64,000 nucleotides of DNA. Origin: Selaginella moellendorffii. Lineage: Eukaryota > Plantae > Lycopodiophyta. Positions 25,501-35,985 of the stretch are shown piece by piece (the first letter of the stretch is position 1; every line of letters begins with the position of its first letter). The stretch spans positions 466,156 to 530,155 of the forward strand of contig NW_003314376.1 in NCBI RefSeq assembly GCF_000143415.4, written 5' to 3'. The position numbers were made by a program, and so were the translations under genes. Under the pieces are notes generated by a model, which saw nothing but the letters and a program-made list of their open reading frames with translations, did not search any database and had not been told where the DNA came from.

Positions 25501-27518
25501 TTTTGGTGCTTTTTTCTTTACTAATATTGTTGTGTTAAGCTTAGGCAAATTTTTTAATGGAACCCTAGCACTGTGTTGTCACACTTGTGTCCACTGATAA
25601 CTAGATGATCACCAGGTATGTTAAGTTTGGAATTTAAATATTGCATAGTCCATTGCTTGACGTTAAGAGCAGAACCTTGGAGTTGGCATGTTTCCTATTC
25701 TTGCTTATTCATCTTGTACATGGCTCTTTGAGAAATATTTCATCCATGAGTAGCTTCAAGTGCTTTTGGAATTTCTTGCTCACACCCAGTCCTAGAATGG
25801 ATAAATGATACTTGTAAAGTGATATCAAATGATTAGAATTTTCTAGCATACATTTAGAAATTTCACATAATCTAAAAATGCTCTGCAGTATAGAAAAAAA
25901 AGTGATTACTGCCATACCACAAAAAAACACAATGATACAAAATTGCAAAGTGATTTTCTAGAATGAAGCTGCCAGAGAATAAGTTTACTCTCAGGTCATG
26001 GCTTGTTTATGACTTTGTATTTGTTTTGGAGTTTCGGATGGTGCATGCTTGATCCACTCTTTGTGGTCATCTTGTTATCTTTAGACATATTCTGGTTTGT
26101 GGCATTGGGATGGCCCAGTGGAGAGTGCTATATATATATATATGTGGAGATCGATATATTTCCTTGATCCATGTTTGATACATAGACCAATGCAAAACAG
26201 GTAAGGACAGGATGGCTCAGCATCTTAGTGTAAGGCCTTCAGATCCTCAAGGATCTTGTCTTGCATCTTTTACTGAGCTAACCCGGTCAAAGCTTCACTA
26301 AGAGAGTCTAAGCTGGCATAATGACATTGGGAGTAGCCGTCATGCTAACATGTCCTACTCAACCTTCTCGGTTGGCAAATAACATACTTCTGCTTTGCAC
26401 CTTACACTGGCTTCAAACCTTGGATGAAAGCTGCAGTGATAGGCTTTTAGCATAACTTATGACCAATAATTATATCCAGGAATATGCCTAGCATCAATGG
26501 TCAAAACTGCGGATATACACAATGTAATGGGGCTTTAGCTTTTCACATCGTTTGTTCCACAATGGAAGGGCACAGGCGGGAGTAATACTGTGTATTCTTG
26601 ACTCCAGACTACTGATGACTGGTATGGCGGGTTTGGTATGCTGGTTTTGTTTGTGGGCTTGTTCACAAGACAAGAACCATGTATATCATGATCTATTTTC
26701 AAGGCTGGTTCATCTAAGTCTCTACTCCAAATTCTAAATGCTTATTATGATGGTCTAGTCAACAAATCATGCCCAAAACTATGCCAAACTCCAAACATGG
26801 TCTTAGTAGGCAGATGTGGTATAAACTCAGAATAATCTTACTAGTGCAAGAGTGATATCAAACCTTGAACGTAAAGAACTTGTGTTCTTAAGGTCTCTCC
26901 TTCACACCCTCTCTAACTTCCTTTTGGAAGGTACCAGTTAAGCTGTGAAAATCAGATGTTTGTATGTACACATCAAATGTCGCAGTTAACTCCGTTCAGC
27001 CAAGCACAATATTTCCCAGAGGCAGGTGGTCGATTCTGATTGAGGTCTTTCATGCATGCTGCGGATTTGTTGGGCATGGTCACATGCTCAAGGCCCAGAT
27101 TTCTTGATGGCATATGACCATTTGTTGGGGCGGGCGGGCGAGGGGAGGGAAGAGCAGCGATAAATCTTCTCTCGCTTGCGCAAGACGTATGCGGTCACGC
27201 GTACGGACTACTCTCTATTTTCGTATATGTATGAATGCGAATCCAGCGGCCCTGAAAACCAGGGTGCGTACGTTTTAATGGGGCTGCGTGGCCGCATGTC
27301 AAAGGCGGTCGTCGTGGGCGGCCCCGATACGGTAGCCGGGTAGCGTAAACGAGAGCTGGCGGGCTCGAAGAAACAAATAACCTCTCTATCAGAGCCAGGA
27401 AGACAATATCCCGTGGTTCGTGGTCTCTGAGTATAAGAAAGGGAAGAAAATCTCTTATACTGTACAGCGCTCCCTTGGTTTCTCTGGTTCCTTCTCTTTC
27501 GATTTGTTTTGCTCGGTC

Positions 27519-29516
27519 ATGCCTCGCTCCAATCCTGTTCGATCGTCCAGGGCAGCACGGCCACCGCAACCCAGTTGCCGCCGCCCGCCGGTCCGTATGC
27601 ATCGTGCCGAGTCCTCGTCGAATGAACTACTGGCAGTGGAGGTACTTGCGAGGGGATTCCAGCTTGCTCCAGGAGATTTCACGGCCCCGGATCAAGATCC
27701 CAACATCAAGGACACGCGGCGCGGGCGTTCGGCGCGCAAGGGTAGATCTCCATCGTCGTCACCCCTCTCTCCACCTGATCTGGCAGCTATCGATGATCAT
27801 GATCTAGCAGCTCCTTCTCTTGATGATGGTGCTGATCTTGCAGCCACATTGACAATGTCCCCGGTGGCTTCAGCAGCGTCCCGGGCGCCAAGAACAAAGC
27901 GACGTCGTCTAGCGATGGATTCGCAAAGCTCTGGATTTTCGGATATCCCTTCATCATCGGCTACTGTATTCAAAAATCAAGATGAGAGCTCGAGTGCTTC
28001 AAGCGATGGTGTGCCGGGTGTTGACGATCATCCAATGACCGAGGAGAAGCCCACCTCCATTGCCACACGGGCCGCAGCTTTGAAGACCAAGCGACCTCCA
28101 AGTGGCTGCTCGAGCTCTAAGGTCAAACGGTCCAATTGTGTGAAGAAGAAGAAGACCACGGTTTCCAAGCAAGAAGAAACGAGCAGGAAGAGGAAGCCAC
28201 CAACGTGCGCGAGGAGATATGCTAAAAAGACGTCCCGCTACGTTGGAGTCTCGTACTACAAGCGAATCAAACGGTGGGAGACGCACATTTGGTGAGTATG
28301 TTATTCTTTTCCTTCTTTTCTTCAAAAGGAAGCAACCACGCTGATTTTTCTTGAAGGGGTACAAGGAAAAGCAAGCAGATATACGTCGGTTCATGCAGTA
28401 ACGAGGAAGCTGGAGCCAGGTTTTCATCTTCTTTTTTCTTTTCTTTGTGGCGCTTATGAAGTTTAAGATGTTAATCACAGGATCTATGACCGAGCTTACA
28501 TCAAGTTCCGTGGCAAAAGCTGCCCAAACTTTCCCTACTCGGACTACGTGCACGAGATACCCCAGGCATGATCATATTAACATTTCTACCGAAAGTTTGG
28601 AAAGATCTAACGCTTAAATTTTCTCTGCAGTGGATCAATCTGCCTGACAAGGACTTCATCAACATGCTACGTAACATGAGTCGTGGCGAGTCGTTGGTCT
28701 GGTTTGCACCGGAGCTGCTTGAAAGTGGCGCTGGCTCTCCATTCACGAGGGAGGCTCGGCCTCGGGCATCAAAATATCGCGGAGTCTATCTTCTCAAAGG
28801 TCGAAAGGTCCCTTGGACGGCTTCCATAACGTAAGTAGCCTCATCCCTCTAAACCTCTTTCTTTTCTTTGAGACACCATCTAGCTATCTGGATGTGAAAC
28901 ACAACGATGCTTTGTGTGAAACATGACCAACACCCAAGCTTTCGGCCATCACCATTCTAACATTATGGTTTTCATCTTTGATGCAGGCTGGACTCTCGTG
29001 CAATTCGACTGGGTGAGTTTTCCAAGAGCTGATTTCTTTTTTTATTGTTTGTGTTTTTTTTCTTTTGCATATCCAGGGTCATATGAGACACAAGAGGAGG
29101 CAGCAAGGTTCGAGAAAAACTAAAACCTCAATCGCTAATTACTAAATATAACACATTGTTTCGACAGGAACTATGACCGAGCAGCTATTAGATTCTTTGG
29201 CAAGGCTAAAGCACTCAACTTCGCATATGAAGACTACACTCATGAGATGCCACAGGTAATTTTGTTTTCATGTCCTGATTGTAAAACTAAGACGATATTA
29301 CAGTGGGTCACTTTGAGCAAGGAAGAGTTCATTTACTACATACGGAATTCTGCACAGTCGAGCAAGAAAAGGAAGTTCAAAGTACATACAGCTCAAAGAG
29401 CTGTATACGATAGGAAGGCCAAACAAAAGGGGATTGATGTTTGTGAGGTAAACGAAGCACTCCCACACTATTTAGATGAGAAGGGGATAGGTGTGGTAAA
29501 CGAAGACACAATATAG
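27519..29516 (+). CDS. Intact double-AP2-domain transcription factor (euAP2-related), ~492 aa, 8 exons: 27519-28291, 28357-28419, 28481-28565, 28631-28830, 28987-29012, 29077-29107, 29168-29255, 29304-29516
   Basis: Hand splicing keeps the frame open. Repeat 1: TSRYVGVSYYKRIKRWETHIW|GTRKSKQIYVGSCSNEEAGAR|IYDRAYIKFRGKSCPNFPYSDY. Repeat 2: SKYRGVYLLKGRKVPWTASIT|LDSRAIRLG|SYETQEEAAR|NYDRAAIRFFGKAKALNFAYEDY. Basic NLS-like stretches precede repeat 1. Intron 3 needs a GC donor. Confidence 0.88.
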
Positions 29517-29772
29517 ATCTTGGGCTTGAGGAAGCACCAACCATATCAGAATCGCATTCAAAGGGAGGCAAAGAGAAAGAGCATCGTTTCCTGGAGAGAT
29601 TTTATATCCGCGTGGACTTCAATGCTTTGCCCGGGTTGGGCATCTGGACAGCATATGCATATTAAAACGTTTAGAAGCGAGATACAAGCTCTTGGGCATC
29701 GAGATGCTTGCTCGAAGCGGGTGCCACAGGCTCCCTCCTGACGAACCGAGCGACTAGATCATGAGGCTCGAA

Positions 29773-30830
29773 TCACTCCCGCACCGTATTCCCTGCTTGC
29801 AAACATGCTTTTGATGACATACACAAATCCCAAACCGCGATCTTGTGTTCGTCCATCAACTTCTCGGCCTCATCACTCATTCCCGCGGCCGAGTAGATGC
29901 TGGACAGCAAAGCTAATGCCGGAGGATTGCTGGGACTGAGGTCTAGGATGGGCAGCTCGTGGGGATTGTTGTGATTCGAGCACACACTGAGCAACGACAC
30001 CGAGTTCGGCTGGAACGGCATACTTAGCAAATTCTCGGCCTCTTCGAGCCTCCCAGCTCGGCTGAGCGTATCCGAGATCACCACACAGTGCTCGAAAGTT
30101 GGCCGCTCGCCAAAGGGGAGCGCCATAACATCGGTGGGGATGCCGTCCAGCAGCATGGAACTGAAGGGAGAGGTAGAGTGCTTACTTATGCCCGTGCTGG
30201 GCATACGAGGAGATCATGGCAGTCCAGATGATGGCTGTCTCGCTCCCGCATTTGTGTAAACACCAACGTGGTGGAGAACTTGCCAGGCAAAACAATCCAC
30301 GCACACAGGCTTCGATGGCTCCCTGCTGCTCGACTCGGCACTCATCAACATGTATGGCTCCGTAGAGCTTTCGCGGTGCTCGGACACGAGCTCCACGGGC
30401 CTGTATCCCTCGAGCAGCATCGCCAAGTCGATCTAGCACCTTCTTGTGACCCGGCATCATCGTATTCCACGACACCCATCTCTCAACGAGCTTGAGTCGA
30501 GAACCTTCCAGGCTGCCGCATTTTCCATACATAGCGTTGGTCACCACAGTCTCCGCGTCCACGGGCCGGTGGCGAGATCGCACAGCGAAGAAGACGCCTC
30601 GACGGAGGCTCGCTCATCATCCTGAAAAAGAACCGTAGGGCCGCATCGCACTCGCCATTCTCGACGCAGGCGTTGATGAGCGACCGCCATCTCCAGGACG
30701 TCGCGATCTGGATTCCGCATATTCCAGATGTTTATGATTTATGATTTCTTGGGATATTCGGATTCTGCACATGACCATGTTCAGTTTCTGATCGGATTGA
30801 ACACCGGCCTCGCTCCATCGACTCGCCGTA
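29773..30830 (-). pseudogene. Deleted pseudogene of PPR gene 12425-15193 (3' half)
   Basis: Reads FGERPTFEHCVVISDTLSRAGRLEEAENLLSMPFQP...ALLSSIYSAAGMSDEAEKL, with DAETVVTNA.MYGKCGSL and a copy of the NQN insertion. Multiple frameshifts. Confidence 0.9.
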
Positions 30831-31103
30831 GACTTCGATGAGGGAGATTTGGAATTCTTCACGGTCAAGAAAGGTTTGCAAAGTCTGAAGTACTTGCGAA
30901 TTTTCCAACAGACAAGAGAAGGGAGCAAAGCTATGGTCTTTTTTTCCATTTCTCTTGTACACTCTATTTTCTCCTTTCAAAGAGTTGTTTATAATAGGAA
31001 GGTGGTAAACAAAGGAACGGCAGACTTTATAACACATGTATATACATTTAGTGACGCTGCTCAAAGATCGGTGCGTGCTCAAAGAATACAAGATCGAAGC
31101 CAT

Positions 31104-32837
31104 CTATGTGATCGAGAGCGCGTTTGCGAGCAGGGAATACGGTGAAGACTCCCCGGGGTGTGATTCGATCGCAAGGGAGGAAACGCGAGCTTCGTGGTCT
31201 TCACGCTGGCTTCGAAACGAGTTCATGAGAGAGGCCCAGACTTCCACACCCGGAACGAAAGGCATGTTGGTGACAAGATCTCGAGCCCCTCCAATGTAGC
31301 CCGAGCGTCCCAGGAGATCGATCATGCATCCATACTGCTGGTTCGTGGGGATAAATCCGTAATCCAGAATTATGGAGCAGAAGTAGTAGCAGCCAGCCTC
31401 TACATTCCCGGCATGGCTGCAAGCAATCAGCACAGAAACAAAGCTCGGTTCGGCAGGAGTAAGTCCCTCCTGCTGCATTGTCTCGTATAGGTTTTGGGCT
31501 CTTTCATGATAGCCGTTACGAGCATGCATCGAAAGAACTGATGCCCAAGAGCTTGCATCTCGCTGTGGCATCGTCACAAAAGTTTTCATGGCTGAAAACA
31601 CATGCCCATTTTGGGCATATGCTGCAAGCATGGTGTTCCAAGAAACGTGTGTACGAGAAAACCCACAATAGAATAGTTCTTCGGCCTCTCTAACACGCCC
31701 GTTATTTGAGTACGCTTCCAGCATTGCATTGAACGTAGCGGAATCTCGGTTCTCACGCAAAAGATCAAAGACAATCTTAGACTCCTGCAGATGCCCAATG
31801 GTGGCATATGCTGAAAGCATTGAAGTCCACGCCATAGAATCTCTCCTAGGCATAGAATCGAAAAGCTCTCGAGCTTTGCACAAATTTTCGTGGCGTATAT
31901 ATACATCAAGTATCGCCCCCCAGGAAACTATGTCTCTCTCTGGCATGGAATCGAATAGCTCCTTTGCCTCCCCCGCCAAATCACGTTCCAGTGACGAAGA
32001 TGAAGCATAGGCAGACACCATCGCATTCCAGGAAACAAGATTCCAGGCAGCCATCTCAAAATAAAAAAGATCTCTCGCAAATTCGATGTGGCCGGCAAGA
32101 GCAGCCCATGAGAGCATTGCAGTCCACGACACAAGATCATATGCCGGCATCAAGCGATAGAGCTCCATGGCTGATTTGAGATCGCCGCCACTCGCAAATG
32201 CGTTGATCATCGAGGTCCATGACACCATATCCTTGGCAGGCATCCAATCAAACAGCGCCTTTGCTTCGTTGATCCACCGGCGATCTACACTTAGCTGTGA
32301 AGAAGCAGATCTCGAGTTTCCGTAAGCCGAGAGCATGGAGTTCCATGAGACGAGGTTGTGACCCGGCATTCGATTGAAGATCTCGCGAGCTTGGTCAACA
32401 TGCCCCGACCGGGCATACGCCGCAAGCATCGTCGTCCAGGAGATCACATTTTTTTTCGGGAAGCGATCAAAGAAATAAGAGGCAAAAGCAAGGTTTCCTA
32501 CTTGTATGGCTGCCGCCAGTATCGTGTTCCACTGCGCCAGATCCCAGTCAGGCATTGCATCAAACACGGCAATGGCCAGATCAAAATGCCCGTTGCGGGC
32601 ATACGCCCCCAGTAGCAGGTTCCACGAGAAGGCGTCCTTGAGCACGATCGAATCGAAGGCGGCACGGGCGCCCTCCACGCTGCCGTGCTTCCCATACATG
32701 TGGACGAAGAGATTCACAACAAAGGTCTCGTCCTTTGCAGGAATTCTCTTTTGTAGCTGCTGCTCAAGGAAACTTTGGTGAATCTTCTCCACTTCGCAGA
32801 GAGCCTGGCACGATCGAATGAGCTCACTCCATTGCAT
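31104..32837 (-). CDS. PLS-class PPR protein (many short S-type repeats) with truncated E domain
   Basis: Intronless 577-aa ORF with repeated SW..ML.AYA..G....A..LFD.MP motifs. It ends QYGCMIDLLGRSG...NMPFVPG.EVWASL...SPYSLLANALSIT. Confidence 0.93.
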   Translation of the reverse strand: MQWSELIRSCQALCEVEKIHQSFLEQQLQKRIPAKDETFVVNLFVHMYGKHGSVEGARAAFDSIVLKDAFSWNLLLGAYARNGHFDLAIAVFDAMPDWDLAQWNTILAAAIQVGNLAFASYFFDRFPKKNVISWTTMLAAYARSGHVDQAREIFNRMPGHNLVSWNSMLSAYGNSRSASSQLSVDRRWINEAKALFDWMPAKDMVSWTSMINAFASGGDLKSAMELYRLMPAYDLVSWTAMLSWAALAGHIEFARDLFYFEMAAWNLVSWNAMVSAYASSSSLERDLAGEAKELFDSMPERDIVSWGAILDVYIRHENLCKARELFDSMPRRDSMAWTSMLSAYATIGHLQESKIVFDLLRENRDSATFNAMLEAYSNNGRVREAEELFYCGFSRTHVSWNTMLAAYAQNGHVFSAMKTFVTMPQRDASSWASVLSMHARNGYHERAQNLYETMQQEGLTPAEPSFVSVLIACSHAGNVEAGCYYFCSIILDYGFIPTNQQYGCMIDLLGRSGYIGGARDLVTNMPFVPGVEVWASLMNSFRSQREDHEARVSSLAIESHPGESSPYSLLANALSIT

Positions 32838-35544
32838 AATTCCAAGCGGCTATTCTACATGCAATGAAGTTTTGTGTTATAAACACCATGCTCGCCAAAA
32901 GGTGAAGGAACGGATTAACAACTTTAATTTTGTTTGGCTCAAGGAAGTTTAAACCCACCAAGTCTAGTGTGCAAGAAGGAAGCACTGAATAACTAGCTGC
33001 TCGTTAAGATGAGTATTTCAGTCACAGCATTTAAATTTCTTCTACACAATGCTTGGGAGGATTGTTGGAAGTACCACTTCTTCTACATTTTCAGCTGATA
33101 TAGACCTAGTTTGACTGAAATTTAACTGCTCCATTAGCGTGCCATGAATATTCTCTTTTTAAAAAATTTTAATGATATTTTCAAGTATGTTTCACAAATT
33201 AGCAAAGCTAGTCAGACACCGTCCCTCCCATGCTTGACGTTGCCAGCAAATGCAGCCCCTTAGGCACAACGAGTTATGCATTCATCCAAGTGACGTGCTT
33301 CACTTGGGGTGTCACTACAATCAACTTGGGCATCTGGTGCGAGGACCAAATCCCTCACCCCAGGATTCCCGGTTGTTTCCGATCGCCCGTCTCAAATCCC
33401 TGTGCGGAGCATCCTATGACACCCAGAGCGGCACCCTGACCGTGGCCAGGGACTTCGAGGACTAGAGCACCCTCGTCGCCAGGCATTTTGTCTATCCTCG
33501 AGTGCCGCCATGCTATAAAAATCCCACCTCCAGGCCCGTTCGACAGAGAACGTCGCCAGCAGCAGCGATCCATCAAGCAATGCCCGCGTCACAATGTGAC
33601 ACTGCGCTTGGTCGCGAATGAAGCTCCAAACGACGCCGTCCGAGCACCACACCACAAGATTGTAATCCCAGGGAGGGGACGAAGAACCAGTGGCGATGAG
33701 GCGGACCCTGGCATGTCACCAGAGCTCAGGTAGACGAAGAGCCTCCTCACCTGTGTGCGAGAAAGAGGTGTTTGTTGAGACACGGCGCACAGCAAGTCCT
33801 TCTCCTCCTCGAAATGTCCTGGATGCGGAGAAGAGCCAGGCGCTGTTCCTGCTCCGGAAGCCGAGAAAGGCAATGGGCTTAAGAAAGAGGCTGCTATCCC
33901 CAAGGAGAAAAACAAAATAATATAACGAGACAAGCTTATTAAAGCTAGAATCATAAGTAATCTTGATTCTGCCTTGGTGCGAAAGCAACCCATCTATCGA
34001 AAAAACAGCGGCCATCCTCTTCTGACAAGATTCCCAGTGGAGATTCTACCACAACCTGACACTGTAACTAATTATCTTTGCCACTTACTAAGTGCTCAAT
34101 AGGTGTCGTTGTCTACGCATGGATCATCCTCATGCGTCCAGGATGGTAGCCATCTTCCCAGTTCTTCATTACGAACAATCCACTCCTCTTTCTCTACATC
34201 CATAGTCTATCTGTCCCACTGGTGCCCATAGTCACCAATTTGACTCCGACTCTCCCATTTCTGAGTTCATGAGTCATAGACAAAGGTAGCCTGGATCAAA
34301 AGCCTGAAACATTTTGAATTCCTTACCCATGGATTGAGCAACACCCAGTAGAATGCTGGAGCGGGTGCCAGGGAAGCCACACTGAAGGCACCTCATTGGC
34401 CAAGAACCTTTACACAACCCCACCCCCCAAAGGCCACAAGCACTCACACATGGGACACTGCTCAAAGAGTTTCACAATTGAATCACTGATCAAGTAACAC
34501 TTTGATAGATGCTACACGTGCTTGCTACTAAAGTAGTGGGCACAAGAAGCCCACAGGGTGAGGCACACAAAAGAAGCCATTGAAGCACTAATGATGGGAC
34601 CTTGGTAAGTGAGCCAACTTTTGTTTGCATGAGAAGCAGAGTTAGGCACTGCTTGAGAACCTCCATTTCCACCCATCATCAAGTAAAAAAGTCCCTCATG
34701 TTTTTGAGATAACACAAGTCCGAGTCTGATCTTGAGTGTGAGTAAGAGCCCAAGTCCCTTTTAGCTATTTGTCCAAGTCTGATTTTGACCTCAATTGTGA
34801 GTAAGAGCCCAAATCCGAGCACAAGCCTGAGTAAAAGCCCAAAAGTTTCTGTTCAAGCCCAACTTCAAGCTCAAGTTTGACCAGCTGAGCCAAAATTCCA
34901 ACAAGGAGTGCACTTGAGGTTTGACTTTAGCTGCCAACACTTCATCCCCCATTATCCTTGAGTTTATAGCTTACCACATTTAAGTAAACAAGTGCTTTGG
35001 ACTTTCACCACGTATCCACGTCAGAACTTGAACCCAAGTTCGAAATAAAGCCCAACCCTAAATCCAACATAGTGCATAAAAGGTGGAGCCTAAGAGCCCA
35101 TGTATGAGCTGGAACTCCAGTAACATTTTCAAGTGCTGCAAAGTCCACATCCCACATGTGGCAGAGTCAGAATCTGCAATAGTGATTTTGATTAGCAAAG
35201 TTGCCAATATCAATTGCTTTGCTGTTGGATTGCAAACGTAGACGTTAGAAGCAAAGACTCTATATACATGTATAATTGGCATTTTTCGGGCAGTAGAATC
35301 GCATCTAGCGTGTTGAGTCCACTCAATCAGCGCAGCTAGAGGGGTGTGCAAGCGCTGGAGAAGCAAGCTCTGCGACTCATTCTTAAAACACTGGATCCTC
35401 ATGGGCAGCGATGACCATCTAGCCTCAAGGTTTTTCTAAGAATATTCTTGCAAATTGGTAAACAAAGTGTGGCATGAGCGTCCTTGTTTGCTGTTGAGTA
35501 AAATTCAAATGAGTTGGTTGTTGGTGACAACCAAGAAACTTTAA

Positions 35545-35860
35545 AAGCTCCAGTAGCTTCATTGTCAACGACCAATACCTTCGCCTATGAAAACGCATTA
35601 ATCTTTGGAAAAGAAAAGCTCGACTAGAGCTGCAACTTTTGCAACTTGTTTCTCCATCGCCACTGCTGCAATGCTTGCTGTGCTTCTCATACATTTGGAC
35701 GAAGAGATTCACAACAAAGGTCTCGTCCTTTGCCGGAGTTAACTTTTCTCGCTGCTGCTGCTGCTGCTGCTCGAGCAAACTTTGAGGAATCCTCTCCACG
35801 AACCTGGCACGACCGGATGAGCTCAGTCCACAGCCTATTTCCAAGCGGATATTTCCAAAA
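35545..35860. pseudogene. Chimeric remnant: deleted copy of ABCB exons 1-2 (+, ~35545-35690) fused to the N-terminus of PPR 31104-32837 (-, ~35690-35860)
   Basis: cctatgaaaacgcat and tctccatcgccactgc.gcaatgcttgctg match 36140-36285. PAKDETFVVNLFV.MY matches 32695-32740. Confidence 0.8.
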
Positions 35861-35985
35861 CGGATTTTGTTCCGCACGATAATTCGCTCTCTGTTGCTCG
35901 AAAGAAATTGTATCTGTGAGTGGGAATCGAATCGTGATGAGTTTTCAGTGGTTTAAAAGAGATATTTGGTCTTACCTCGGAAGTC

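Noticed and set aside
27519-29760. miR172 target site expected in seed-plant euAP2 genes
   Set aside because: No CTGCAGCATCATCAGGATTC-like site was seen; SQSSGFS in exon 1 is not a nucleotide match.
33230-35450. GC-richer ORFs possibly from a LINE ORF1 or other TE
   Set aside because: No motif I can identify with confidence, so not annotated.
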